Shown one piece after another: positions 32,101 through 41,636 of a stretch of 64,000 bases of DNA (position 1 is the first letter of the stretch; each line of letters opens with the position of its first letter). This stretch comes from an uncultured Nitrososphaerota archaeon (lineage in GTDB: Archaea; Asgardarchaeota; Njordarchaeia; Njordarchaeales; Panguiarchaeaceae). The notes beneath the pieces are model-generated. The model was not told the DNA's origin. It saw nothing but the letters and a program-made list of their open reading frames with translations, and searched no databases. A program made the translations under genes and the position numbers. Location of the stretch: contig CAZWPQ010000002.1 in NCBI GenBank assembly GCA_964636085.1, positions 26,401 through 90,400 of the forward strand. The letters run 5' to 3'.

Positions 32101-32257
32101 ATCAGAAACCAAATTGAAGTGGCTCCTCATAGGTATAGGTGTAGGCGTAGCCATAGTTATTTTTGCGATATTTGGCTTGCCTCGGATCCTCAAAAAACTA
32201 AAGGAGAAGAGGCAGGCTACAACAAAGATAAATGAGGGAGGTGAGGAGAGTGCATAG
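26180..32257 (+). CDS. Giant surface protein: helical region, beta-rich region, many TSP3-like Ca-binding repeats, C-terminal TM
   Basis: Signal peptide; more than 20 DTDxDGLxDxxE...TxP repeats; TM WLLIGIGVGVAIVIFAIFGL followed by basic residues. Confidence 0.85.
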   Translation: MVRGKLACLLLILAILTPRLVVFNDFDGVSSVESKGTEDDFVDICLFYSEYNSLLGRSSERLYFNIRYIYPHVDLCGVRSIYDITLKADDYDILILMFNTTRDSVIVGNTPLSWGEFVDFLRMYPDKEIILLLGNSYMLNETSDNWHFESVEYDSIYAYETYGVWKVAKIFESLGPEYKWYALKLKESALSYYFDNIDRIFESKITPSQVIGSRDEEYRKAKIEEYLREHPSSLRVRVADEKNPNGPIIYIRNFAKNSDGYDYLPFPKMSGIASSIGDFIDEVLGFLSGNGCDFLTINFSVIDQIVDAFKSVYDFIGDPAKMGEGSLLKGFLGSLMQEFPYIENYTKYLDLFMDGFYALKGDISSILDFLMGAIDLVFPSGTGVDEYIEQLKSIAGEILSITDQVMNLYQRITSNKISMVLQYIMGKITNITIQEFLKNMTGITDFDSLYNRLSSLFSIGMQIFTLQNITDFASKLFKFITEDLNIFDYPDIGDIAGKIKSIISLALSFLEKEKSSLSQLLRDAITSFIGESYISDIEKMVDDILDEVDDAIKEAESDIEGFRSRIEDIINTYVSNFPDLEEVREILREVITLITAISNPGFDISEATSLIEIFEDILETYLSGYEDDINRLFLILNSTVIPIGLLNAPSRLQKAFLKQLNPLLDMRQNVLRYLIETVKRIIMDTEEYVQIEDVLKYIENGTTIISAILNIISEVRERPFDGITSALMFAASITQTQLFGNMTIGNLTTFLMALLPDLMGLDRVPSLEECKNMIINALSGFSSQIKTTVITLFEFLYDIREVMRNGVKWFTTKILDWVAGYVADFVSDLVGEIEDIIDQYTFLNLEGDMNFGFAGLDAITFSYKIVISAGVDIDESGLTNDIKDMILRGKYLDFLNPIKVFETLIGHVTITPIIEAQIKMSSMATNTDLLGEIIGLLGADISIEGEARFKLVLFSFKSGTFDMSEFLDLKEWYLMFSMSISKTFSIFDIIGAPELASVAEDLGLDLITVTLTIGFKLEINLGSESEDSGAHSILSLEITVAGTLHIGIDVVIAEVSIDFTLSISFTFTIDTSKPDPLLFEISVKYKLKIHAEFLFVGKTWKFGGTIFTYQFPENESDTPDKHAGGFDEDADGLPDNFEKENFGFSPTRADTDEDGLGDNEELNAYGTDPLDPDTDGDGLTDYDEIKVYDTNPFIRDTDNDGLTDYEETIIYATDPHEVDTDGDGLDDYFEVHYTWDISNVTISISGVSIGGEIYYDHTDPLNPDTDGDGLLDGQEGPLGGYYLPFAYDFGENPIIFNYGYTHPLDNDTDDDSYMQEPDGSIREPKYFLRSMTDKEEIDGITVVYIDPEEGPVLRTFRTNPICPDSDQDTGSSTILLSDGYELSRNPPSNPLNGDSDGDGIIDGNEGTSSPYSNKTDRLNPDTDGDGLGDMQEIVLGLDPGEPDTDGDMVSDGDEFIKYGTNPRLFDSDNDRLSDGEELFYWHSNPMLKDSDNDGIIDGDEVLIYFTDPMDEDSDNDNLTDPMEIFVYHTNPLEADSDYDGLVDGDEIFLYNTSPLNWDSDGDSILYPNETGDITWPMSDYREIFVFGTDPLDSDTDNDGLSDAIETYLASGKIPNFEPIMLDANNNDTDGDGLIDGHEIHIRNISDIVYPYVSFIIYYPLNSSPLLVDTDGDGLTDYREIMIYASKANCNDSDGDGLSDYDEVVIYNTSPIYWDTDKDNISDYDEVNGFVASLGYKFPDLMTVFYTDPADPDTDDDYLPDGYEAQVLRSNPTIKDEDNNGIEDGLDFDTDGDMLSDGLEFYVYNTSYYPGGGPLNPDSDQDGLSDGSEVYVYGTDPADPDTDDDGILDGAEVAAGTDPLSFTSWEEYVDALNILLGGNYIKILSPRGTIIDKYTNVRVINGTTFTEMWFRYKKIGDDFSSNYSLVYDPDSLQWVYSDIVWEEGNYTIEVFGRTPGGEVFKATEEFGFISVEKKISETKLKWLLIGIGVGVAIVIFAIFGLPRILKKLKEKRQATTKINEGGEESA

Positions 32258-35200
32258 GAGAAAGATATTAGCTCTACTTGTGATAATCGGCATGATAGCC
32301 CCTATATTCGTTGTCCTAAATACCAACCAGAGTACATACGATGTAGGAGAAAATAAGGGCTTTGAGACAAGTAGCAGTCAACATATGGATTTCAACGATC
32401 TCTTTAGTGAAAAATCAATAAGCTACTCGTGGAGCGGGAACTATTATCCAGAGAATTGGAGCTTCATCAAGTATCTAAAGGACAATCCTAATGAATATAG
32501 GAAAGTTTGGGAGCCATGGCTAACTAAGGCAGCCATACATTCCATAGTAACGAATGATAATGGTACAATGATTGCTTTTGGTGGCGGATACCTATACGAT
32601 AATGAGATACATATTTATCGATGGAACTATGTTACGCAGAACTACGAGAAGGTCTGGGATTCAGGGGATGGGATTATATCGGGTGATGTTGTATCCCTAG
32701 ATTTCGCGGATACGGATAACAATAGGCTGATGGAAGTAGTAGCGGGGAGTGCTGACGGGCATATATACGTGTTTGAGCAGAGACACGTTTTCGATCCCAT
32801 AACAAACACGGAGCATATGTTTGATTTGGTCTGGAAAAGTGAATTTCTCGGCCCTGTTTGGAGAGTAATGGTGTATGACATGGATCTGGATTATGATCCA
32901 GACATTGTTGCTGGAACATGGAACAATAAGATATACATGTTCGAGTATGAGGATCATTCGGGATATCCATATTCCACTTCACATTGGATATCATATAAGA
33001 TGGTTTGGGAGAGCCCAGAATTGAGTGATAAGATACTATCTTTTGTCTGTGGAGATATAAATGGGAATGGTCTTCCAGATATGTTGGTGGGCCTTAGAAA
33101 TGGAGAGCTTGTATTATTCGAGAACAACGGCACCATAATACAGGCACCAGACTACTATCTGCCCCTACCACAGGACAACAGCTACAAGATCATTTGGTCA
33201 TATAACTATGGTAGCTATGCACCAATTCTTGATATGTCTATAGGCGACCTAGATGGTGATGGAATAGATGAGGTATCAATTATAGAATCTGGTAGAGAGG
33301 CCTATGTGCTAGATTACTCCGAAACATACGATAGATTCGACCTAATAAAGCTCTACTATCCCCCTAAATCGTTCGAACTAGATCCCCCGCACCCCATAGA
33401 CTACTATATAGACTGGATGATAAGTGGTATAAATGTATACTATAACAATAGCACAGCATACATTGCAGAGCCAAGCGAAGAAATCGACATCTATGACAAT
33501 AATACTGCGATGGGAGGACCCCCAGATGGTAAATACTCAGAATTCTTGCCAAACGCGACTCATAATGCTACTGCAGTATTGGACTTTGGAATGCAGGAAG
33601 AGGCTGCTGGTGATGGGACATATTATTTTGATATATGTATGGTGTTGATGTATAAGCAGGGATATGACCTCGTACCCAACAGAACATCGATGAGGATATA
33701 TGTATCTAAGTATGGCTACAAGTATGTCGAAGTGAAGGATTACTTTGTATATGACTTTGGCTCAGTGGCCTACCTATTCTTCGACATTGATGGAATCCTG
33801 AAGAATAATTCGTGGAAACACATTCGCTACCTGAAGATCGTTGTTCCCTATGGATATAAGTTTGCAATAGATGCCATTATAACATATGATATCGATAAGC
33901 AATTATCGGATGTGACCTCTACATATATAACGGAGCTGGATCTTGACTATTATGGTGAAAAGAACTATCTCCTGTTTGGGACCGTAAATGGTAGGCTTGT
34001 CATTTTCCAGTACAACGACACAATCCATAGATATGAGATGGTGTATGATTCCTTATCCGAGGACATGTTTAGCCTTGAGAATAACATATGGGACATCGTA
34101 AAGGTCATGCCAGATAAAAGGTTCCCGTACTGGACGAAATACTGGGAGAAAGGTATAGACTTGGGCACGAAGAAAATGATTGACTTTGAGTATTTTGATA
34201 TAGATCATGACGATAATTACGATTTGCTCATCGGAACGGATAAAGGCACAGTTTTGCTCTATAGGTATCAGTGGGGCACTTTTATTAATGATAGCTATGC
34301 CACTAGCAAGATATTTGGGGATATAAATGGAGTATCCAAGTCTAACCTCACGCTAAGGATGTGCGATATTTTGAATAATAAGCCAAATAAGCCTGGCATA
34401 GAGCTTATTCTTGGATATTATAAGGATGTACAGTATAACCTTAGGATATTTTATCTGTATAACCCAGCCGTGCTTACATATAGTTTCGAATATACTTATG
34501 ATGTGGCAGAACACGAGATAACTGGGAAATTATATAGCCTATTCCACTATTCTGGAGTCCGTAGCCCCGTCACTTTTGATGTGGCGGACGTTGATGGAAA
34601 TGGTTATAAGGATATTGTGCTTGCCTTCGGCGGGAAGCTATATATGCTATGGTACCTATATGGAGATGCGAGCGGCCCAGTATTTATGTTGGATGAGAAG
34701 TACTTCGAGGATATTCCAAATCTTCTAAAGAATAAGAAGCCATTCAAACCCCAGCTGGTAGACTTTAACAATGATGGTGTCTACGATTTGGTTATTAGCT
34801 ATCTAAATAAGAATGGAACAACATATTTCGAGAACATAGGCACAGTAGATGAGCCAATATGGGTGCAAAAGAGGACATTGTTCGCAAACTCGCTGCGGTC
34901 GTTAAACCCTGTAACAAACTTTGCCTTCAATGGATATACATTATCAGAAATAGAGAAAATAGGGGATACCTATTGGCTCATAGCCAACAAGCGGGGAACA
35001 TCCACATTTATTCTCTTCAATGGAGAAACAGATAGAATACAGACATTGGCACTGGCCACGTATCCACTCCTAACCGTTATAAACATGGCTCCAGTCGTCC
35101 CAAAGGCCTCAGAGAACTTTGGATACCATATATTTGAGGTATGGTCCAATCATAGGGATCTGCATGGATGGACCCAGGCAGTCGACTATGGAGATGTCGA

Positions 35201-38200
35201 TTCTGATGGTAAAGGAGAAGTAATAGTGGGAGATTTCGACAATAATGTATATATATTTGAACACATGATAAATAATACGTATAAGAGAGCGTTTAGAAGT
35301 GGAGATTTGTACTATGAAATAGTTACGAATACAAGTCCATATTATTCCGAAGAACTCGTCGGCCTACAGGGCACATTCAAGAGGAGAATCTGGGAACATG
35401 CAAGATATTTGGTTGCCAATACAGATATAGATGGGGATGCAAAACTGGAGGCCATCGTTGCCACTAAATACCAGATCTTCGTCTTTGAGCATGAGCGCTA
35501 TGAGAACTACATCTTGGAATATAGGTATTCATTCTTGGAGCATCCTCTGGGATCCGAAATACTTGAACAGACAAATGGTATATCTGCATTCGCCTATGCG
35601 GGCGACATGGACTATAATGGCTATGGCGAGATAATCGTTGCACTAGACAATTATCTATTCGTATTGGAGATGACCGAGGATGGGTTCATCGAGACTTTTA
35701 GTTCTCTTGTCAGCATATTTGCCGATAAGATTATAGATTATGCTGCCACTCATAAATATTATCTCTTAGACCCGGTTTTTGTCTTGCCAGGAAACCCATA
35801 TACATATTACTACGATTTAATGGGACAAGGAGTGAATGACTACTCCGAATTTGAAATAAGGGCTATAATAATTGTTGATTTGGACAATAATGGGAACAAA
35901 GAAATAATTATTGGTGGACTAAACAGATCGCTGGAGTGTCCATCACTAAGGGACGGCTTCTTATACGCCATCGAGAATGAGTTCGGTACATATTATATAA
36001 GGTGGAGTGCTCCAGATAATGTGTTGTATGAAAATGCAATAAATGCCCTCGATGTAGATGACCAGGACTACGATGGCAAAAAAGAGCTCTATGTTGCAGG
36101 GGATAAAGGAGTAGATGTGTTTGAGGCGTCCGATACTAGTTATCTTGAATATATAACCACGATAAGTGGCGATCCAAATCATCCATTCGTTAATAACATG
36201 GCATTATATAACAACTCTCCACTAGCCTATGATGACGAAAAGTTCGATGATGCCGATATCGTTGTTACTCCACAGGGACGAATATTTGTAATCTATCAGT
36301 CAGAGTATACAATAACGGCTACAAAAACCACAGAGATTTTCTATAGTTATAGTGACGATGGTGGCAAAACATGGTATGGTCCATACATATTGGCTCCAAC
36401 GACCGATTATAGTGGTACCCCACTCTTTGAGAAATTCCCAAGGGCACTATATCATAATGGCTCCATATACATTGCTTGGTATGCAAGCATAGATGTTAGT
36501 GGGATAGTCCAATATAACATATGCTATAGAACGCTAGACCCACAAACACTAGTTAAGGGCCCCATTGAATACCCAGTAAAAAGCATGAGTGACGTAATAT
36601 CCGACCTCAGCATATGGAGATTTCCTGTGAAATTCTGGTATGTATCCTATGATATGGGGATAAGCTACATAAACTATACTGATAGGTGTATATATCCCAT
36701 GTTCCGCCTACTGGGTAGCTGGTACCCGCTTGTATCCAAAAAAATAGAGTATATCTACGATGGAAATTGGACATTATTCTTTAGGCACGATATAGCATAT
36801 ATCGGCGCCTACAGATGGCTCATCGCATTTACGATGTATATCCCAGATCAATACGGCCGTAGACTTATTTGGACCTCAATAACCGATACGTCCTTTTCCT
36901 CATGGACAATGCCCGTGACGATCTATGATTCGTATGAGCTTCAGGAATATCCAAATGTGGAGTATATAGAGAGCGAAAACGTTACAGTGGTTAGTGGCAT
37001 GAGGTATACTGTATCTCATTACTGGGAACCATTCCTATGTGTATCCATGAATGGTGGGCAGACATGGTCAAAGCCAAAGTATCTATATAGATATCATCCA
37101 AGGGTAAAAATAGTATGCTCGAATGGAGTGCCCAGATATCAGTTTTTAACTAGGACATATGAAGATCTAGGAATGCATAGGACATATGCTCTTAGGGTAA
37201 GTGCACGAAATGGCTACTTTGTCTACTCGATGCCGGCGATGATAACGTATAATCCGCTTGGCACTATAGGCACAGTTTATGATATAATAGTTGGTGTGCG
37301 GGATAGCTATGAATGGCTTAGATTCGATGTATCAAAAGTCGATGTGTTGGCTGTAGGGGATACGGATGGCGATTGGCGGAGAGAAGTAATTGTGAACATG
37401 GATGACTACGTTGTTGTTGTGGAGATAAGTGATAATAATGAGTCCTATAGGAGATATACTCAGAAAGCCATCTTGGGGCCATTTAATAGGACTATACAGG
37501 ATATTGTAGTGGGTGATGCCAATGGGAATGGTTGGGACGAAATAATCATAGCGACGGATTATGGCAATGTATACTCCTATGAGTTCCTATACTCCACATG
37601 GCTAGGTTCGGACTTTAGAGTGCCTAATGAGGAGTTCTCCAAGAAATATCTTATATCTGCCTCACTAATATCCTTTTATGGGCTAGGAAATATTGACAAT
37701 GATCCACAACCAGAATATTACTTCACGACAATGTATGGGCTATATGTATATGATCACATATGGGAGAATTTCTCACACATGCTCTTCTATCCCGCAAAGA
37801 TCAACTATACTGTTGCATTCAATCCCTTAGGCGAGGATAAGATCGATTTTATCCTGGCGCTCAACAATGGTACTGTATATAGGATTGATGGCGAAACTTT
37901 CTCCGTTGTTGCCGAGAAAGATATTGCAACTGATGGTTTCGTAGACATAATCCTAACGAACACAACTGTGTTCCTAGCGAACAAGTCTGGATTTGTTATA
38001 GAACTCACTCTAGATTCGTTATCAGAGGTATTTACGTATAATCTCGACGCTGTTAATACTACCGGTATAGGAATAGGATACTATCTTGGCGGTATCTCAA
38101 GGATATTTATACAACTGGATAATGATACGTTGTATTGTATAGATTATCAGAGTGCTTCCCTAGCGTGGACTATCCATGTATCTCCAAATATCGAGGGAAG

Positions 38201-39938
38201 TGTTTTCACATTTGATATAAATTCTGATGGCCTAGACGAGCTAATAGCATGCAACTATACCAACGGCATGTATGATTTAATGGTAATCGATATACTGAAT
38301 GGCTCCATTCTAAGTATTCTAGAGACAAAGTCAAGGTTCCAATATAGGTGGTATAGTATCGTGAATATCGATGGCGACGAGTTCCCGGACATATTCGCAT
38401 ATACAGAGATGGGCGAAATTGTGATCTCCACTAAAAACTTCGACGTTATATGGATGGATGAGTTCAGGTACTACAAAGAGTTCTATGAATTTGTTGACTA
38501 TGATGGAGATGGAAGAACAGAAATATTGTACTCGTTTAATGGAGGCACAATACTATCCAATTCCTATGGATGCCCCATACTATACTATGGAATCCCCAAC
38601 AACAGGACATTCATGACGCTGGGCGACATCGATATCGACGGAGAAATCGAATTAGTTGGGTATCTCGAAAACGGAGTATTTGTCGTTGTAAACATAACAC
38701 AGTTCAATGAATCATTAACCGGAGTCGCATACTTAGAACCAAAGATTGTTGGTGAGAAACAGATTGTTGATGAGATGGATTACGGCCTGATGGCTATAGC
38801 CGACATAAACAAGGATGATAACGATGATATCATTATATCAAACACAACCAATCTAATCGTGTATGACTTCTATATGGGTGACTATGTATTTAAGACAGAT
38901 CTAAGGATGCAGATACGTGAGATCCTTACAGGCGACATGCTTGGCTACGGGTATAACTCCACAATCGTTGTATATGGGGACTACGACGTCACTATCTTCG
39001 ACAATACGGGGCAAATAATAGTGGATATGCGTGTTGTTAGTGGTAAAAACTATATAGTGAGGGCGTTTATAGGAAATTTCATGGGATCCGCGAAGGATGA
39101 GGTCATCGTAGTAACAACACTAGGTACATACTGTATTGATGAGTCGGGCATATACTATCTATTAACAATAGGCTCAAATACATATCCAATTGTTGGGGAC
39201 TTTAATGGGAATGGCTACCTAGACATAGCATATAAGATGTTGGGAACATCGACCCTATATGTGTATGAGGGAGACGGAACATTTATGTGGAGCAAAACAC
39301 TGAGCACTAGTTCTGGAAATATGTTTGCATGCGATGTATTCACTCTAGATATAAACAAGGACGGCATAGATGATATAATATTCACAGACTTCAATGGTAC
39401 TATAGCAATATATGATGGCTCCTCTGGAACAGCCATCTATAAGATACCCACAGGTATACACTCGTACGCCCTATCGGTGGATATCGACAGAATGTTTGGT
39501 ACTGGTGGCCTAGTAGTCAAATATCTAAACTATGGTCTCTATGTATTTAAGCTAGATGGATCAATGGTCTATCACTTCCCCGATATGTCAACCTCAGGAT
39601 ATATTCCGGCTTATGTATCTGGAATAGGATACACCTACTTCGCTATGACCCCAGGGAAAATATTTGGAGTAAACCGCTACGACAGATACATCTATAAATC
39701 TCTTAGCTACGAAACTGTAGCATTCAACCGAATGGTAATGGCCAATGAAATATATATAGTATCCCTCGCAAAAACTGGCTACGTAACAATCATAAACATA
39801 GCCGATCTCTCATCCAATCCCATAAGACCTAGCACTCTCTCCAATGGTCACAGCGATAATTGGAATGGAGCAACCCTACTATTGATAACGGCAATTCCAC
39901 CAATTGCCGTGGCTATATACGTGAAGAAGAAAGAATAA
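32232..39938 (+). CDS. Giant FG-GAP/VCBS-repeat beta-propeller surface protein with Asp-box motifs and C-terminal TM
   Basis: Many GDxDxDGxxE(I/V)(I/V) repeats, SDDGGKTW and SMNGGQTWS Asp-boxes, signal peptide, C-terminal hydrophobic segment plus KKKE; overlaps the upstream gene. Confidence 0.87.
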   Translation: MREVRRVHRRKILALLVIIGMIAPIFVVLNTNQSTYDVGENKGFETSSSQHMDFNDLFSEKSISYSWSGNYYPENWSFIKYLKDNPNEYRKVWEPWLTKAAIHSIVTNDNGTMIAFGGGYLYDNEIHIYRWNYVTQNYEKVWDSGDGIISGDVVSLDFADTDNNRLMEVVAGSADGHIYVFEQRHVFDPITNTEHMFDLVWKSEFLGPVWRVMVYDMDLDYDPDIVAGTWNNKIYMFEYEDHSGYPYSTSHWISYKMVWESPELSDKILSFVCGDINGNGLPDMLVGLRNGELVLFENNGTIIQAPDYYLPLPQDNSYKIIWSYNYGSYAPILDMSIGDLDGDGIDEVSIIESGREAYVLDYSETYDRFDLIKLYYPPKSFELDPPHPIDYYIDWMISGINVYYNNSTAYIAEPSEEIDIYDNNTAMGGPPDGKYSEFLPNATHNATAVLDFGMQEEAAGDGTYYFDICMVLMYKQGYDLVPNRTSMRIYVSKYGYKYVEVKDYFVYDFGSVAYLFFDIDGILKNNSWKHIRYLKIVVPYGYKFAIDAIITYDIDKQLSDVTSTYITELDLDYYGEKNYLLFGTVNGRLVIFQYNDTIHRYEMVYDSLSEDMFSLENNIWDIVKVMPDKRFPYWTKYWEKGIDLGTKKMIDFEYFDIDHDDNYDLLIGTDKGTVLLYRYQWGTFINDSYATSKIFGDINGVSKSNLTLRMCDILNNKPNKPGIELILGYYKDVQYNLRIFYLYNPAVLTYSFEYTYDVAEHEITGKLYSLFHYSGVRSPVTFDVADVDGNGYKDIVLAFGGKLYMLWYLYGDASGPVFMLDEKYFEDIPNLLKNKKPFKPQLVDFNNDGVYDLVISYLNKNGTTYFENIGTVDEPIWVQKRTLFANSLRSLNPVTNFAFNGYTLSEIEKIGDTYWLIANKRGTSTFILFNGETDRIQTLALATYPLLTVINMAPVVPKASENFGYHIFEVWSNHRDLHGWTQAVDYGDVDSDGKGEVIVGDFDNNVYIFEHMINNTYKRAFRSGDLYYEIVTNTSPYYSEELVGLQGTFKRRIWEHARYLVANTDIDGDAKLEAIVATKYQIFVFEHERYENYILEYRYSFLEHPLGSEILEQTNGISAFAYAGDMDYNGYGEIIVALDNYLFVLEMTEDGFIETFSSLVSIFADKIIDYAATHKYYLLDPVFVLPGNPYTYYYDLMGQGVNDYSEFEIRAIIIVDLDNNGNKEIIIGGLNRSLECPSLRDGFLYAIENEFGTYYIRWSAPDNVLYENAINALDVDDQDYDGKKELYVAGDKGVDVFEASDTSYLEYITTISGDPNHPFVNNMALYNNSPLAYDDEKFDDADIVVTPQGRIFVIYQSEYTITATKTTEIFYSYSDDGGKTWYGPYILAPTTDYSGTPLFEKFPRALYHNGSIYIAWYASIDVSGIVQYNICYRTLDPQTLVKGPIEYPVKSMSDVISDLSIWRFPVKFWYVSYDMGISYINYTDRCIYPMFRLLGSWYPLVSKKIEYIYDGNWTLFFRHDIAYIGAYRWLIAFTMYIPDQYGRRLIWTSITDTSFSSWTMPVTIYDSYELQEYPNVEYIESENVTVVSGMRYTVSHYWEPFLCVSMNGGQTWSKPKYLYRYHPRVKIVCSNGVPRYQFLTRTYEDLGMHRTYALRVSARNGYFVYSMPAMITYNPLGTIGTVYDIIVGVRDSYEWLRFDVSKVDVLAVGDTDGDWRREVIVNMDDYVVVVEISDNNESYRRYTQKAILGPFNRTIQDIVVGDANGNGWDEIIIATDYGNVYSYEFLYSTWLGSDFRVPNEEFSKKYLISASLISFYGLGNIDNDPQPEYYFTTMYGLYVYDHIWENFSHMLFYPAKINYTVAFNPLGEDKIDFILALNNGTVYRIDGETFSVVAEKDIATDGFVDIILTNTTVFLANKSGFVIELTLDSLSEVFTYNLDAVNTTGIGIGYYLGGISRIFIQLDNDTLYCIDYQSASLAWTIHVSPNIEGSVFTFDINSDGLDELIACNYTNGMYDLMVIDILNGSILSILETKSRFQYRWYSIVNIDGDEFPDIFAYTEMGEIVISTKNFDVIWMDEFRYYKEFYEFVDYDGDGRTEILYSFNGGTILSNSYGCPILYYGIPNNRTFMTLGDIDIDGEIELVGYLENGVFVVVNITQFNESLTGVAYLEPKIVGEKQIVDEMDYGLMAIADINKDDNDDIIISNTTNLIVYDFYMGDYVFKTDLRMQIREILTGDMLGYGYNSTIVVYGDYDVTIFDNTGQIIVDMRVVSGKNYIVRAFIGNFMGSAKDEVIVVTTLGTYCIDESGIYYLLTIGSNTYPIVGDFNGNGYLDIAYKMLGTSTLYVYEGDGTFMWSKTLSTSSGNMFACDVFTLDINKDGIDDIIFTDFNGTIAIYDGSSGTAIYKIPTGIHSYALSVDIDRMFGTGGLVVKYLNYGLYVFKLDGSMVYHFPDMSTSGYIPAYVSGIGYTYFAMTPGKIFGVNRYDRYIYKSLSYETVAFNRMVMANEIYIVSLAKTGYVTIINIADLSSNPIRPSTLSNGHSDNWNGATLLLITAIPPIAVAIYVKKKE

Positions 39939-39960
39939 TCTTCTTCTTTTTTAATAACAG

Positions 39961-40069
39961 TTTGTTTTTCTTGTGCTCCCAGCTGAGTGGTATTTTATGA
40001 TTCTTATCTCTCCATTGTCATAGCTTAGGAGTTATAGAAAAGCCTAAAAATACCGTTTTGCAGCGCTAT
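39961..40069 (+). repeat. Degenerate ~110-bp dispersed repeat, copy 1
   Basis: TTTGTTTTTCTTGTGCTCCCAGCTGAGTGG...CCATTGT...ATACCGTTTTGCA aligns with 46397-46505. Confidence 0.75.
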
Positions 40070-40158
40070 ATTATATATGTACTGATGGAAGTACCGCCAC
40101 AAGGCTACCGACCAAGCCTCCAAGATAACATACATAAAGACCCCTGATGAGTTCCCTA

Positions 40159-41322
40159 TTACCATACCTTAAGGATCCATGTAGTTTGGTGTACAGCAAT
40201 TTCGAATTTTCCTTGGTACGAATTACATTCTCCTATTATTATGACATGATTATTGATCGTGTTTAGTGCTGTCTGAGTATTTTCATCCAGTTCTTCCCAC
40301 ACAGAGATATCTATCCATACAGTAACGGTCTGGTTGGGACTTATTGATTCATCTAATACATATATCTTATTATGGTAGCTTGAATCAACCCCCACTATGG
40401 TAACATTAATCATAACGATACGACCCTGCTCGACAAAATCGCTCATATTGCTCAGTATAGTACTGAGGTTCATCACTGATAGTTTCTCTAGGATACTAAT
40501 ACAGTCGCCACTCCAAGGAACAATTTCTGGTGACCCCCTATATTCCCATAGGTTTCCAACTATCTCTACTTTATCTCCAACAAACGCATCTGGCATTTCC
40601 CCTAGCCATCTCATGACGATTTCGGGAACGTATACGCTCAGTTCAAAGTCTAAGTATGAATAATCCTTGATACTCCCAGTTATAAATGTTGTATAATTTA
40701 TCCACTCAACTATCCATCCACTCACCCTTACGGCTTCTCCCTTCAATTTTTCCCAGTTATACGATATAAACTCTAGGGTATAACTTTCTGGTGTATCTCT
40801 TTTTATGGTTAGATCATCGGGCTCATTTATTATTAGAGAGATAGAATCTCCGACTCTTAGCGTTCCAGTGACCTCAATTTTGTCTCCAGAGACAGGTACT
40901 TTTTCTTGCTCTATCAAATCCCTACTAGTAGGAGTGTAGGCATAAACCGTAATTGTTTGAGTCTCAAATTTCTCGTTATATGTCCAATCCTCATCAACGA
41001 TACTAAAATATAGTCTCTCTTGAACATCATCATAAGTCGCCGATGTATATGCATATCCTATTATTTTGACCCTCGCATAATCCATCTCGGATGTTATGTC
41101 CCTTATATATACAACTGGCGTCTCCGTATGCTTGGAGGTATAATATAGGGCGAAAATACTCGCGCTAGCTATGATAAGCGAAATAATAAGCAGTATACGT
41201 ATTTTTAGTCCATATCTATTTCTAGCACCATAGTAAGGGTATATATCATAGGTACCTACATATCTGACGCAACTGGGGCGATATGTCCCCTCTTTTATCC
41301 TCCCTATTTCGCTATATTGCAT
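40159..41322 (-). CDS. Membrane-anchored protein with about three OB-fold domains
   Basis: N-terminal TM; repeated V...G....GDK(I/V)E(V/I).G.L..Y.G..EI units. Confidence 0.75.
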   Translation of the reverse strand: MQYSEIGRIKEGTYRPSCVRYVGTYDIYPYYGARNRYGLKIRILLIISLIIASASIFALYYTSKHTETPVVYIRDITSEMDYARVKIIGYAYTSATYDDVQERLYFSIVDEDWTYNEKFETQTITVYAYTPTSRDLIEQEKVPVSGDKIEVTGTLRVGDSISLIINEPDDLTIKRDTPESYTLEFISYNWEKLKGEAVRVSGWIVEWINYTTFITGSIKDYSYLDFELSVYVPEIVMRWLGEMPDAFVGDKVEIVGNLWEYRGSPEIVPWSGDCISILEKLSVMNLSTILSNMSDFVEQGRIVMINVTIVGVDSSYHNKIYVLDESISPNQTVTVWIDISVWEELDENTQTALNTINNHVIIIGECNSYQGKFEIAVHQTTWILKVW

Positions 41323-41636
41323 TCAATATCACCATAAGTTTTAAGGAAAAGCCTAGATATATTCTTATATAGACTTTATAATAATAACCCAATCACGATG
41401 TGAGGACCGTGTTGAAAAACTTGTTTCGTTAGCTAATTTTTATGACTTCTAGCACCCAACAATCAGCACTAGAGAGTTTAGACTGTTCGTCAGCGTCGAG
41501 GAGAAAGAGAAACAGAAACAAGCAACAGATTGTATTTGTAGTAATGTAGCTGGGGGTCATGGAACCTATAATACAAAACCTTGAGCAATAGGCGAATAAA
41601 AGGGCATACTATCAACTAAAGTATTATAACATATTT

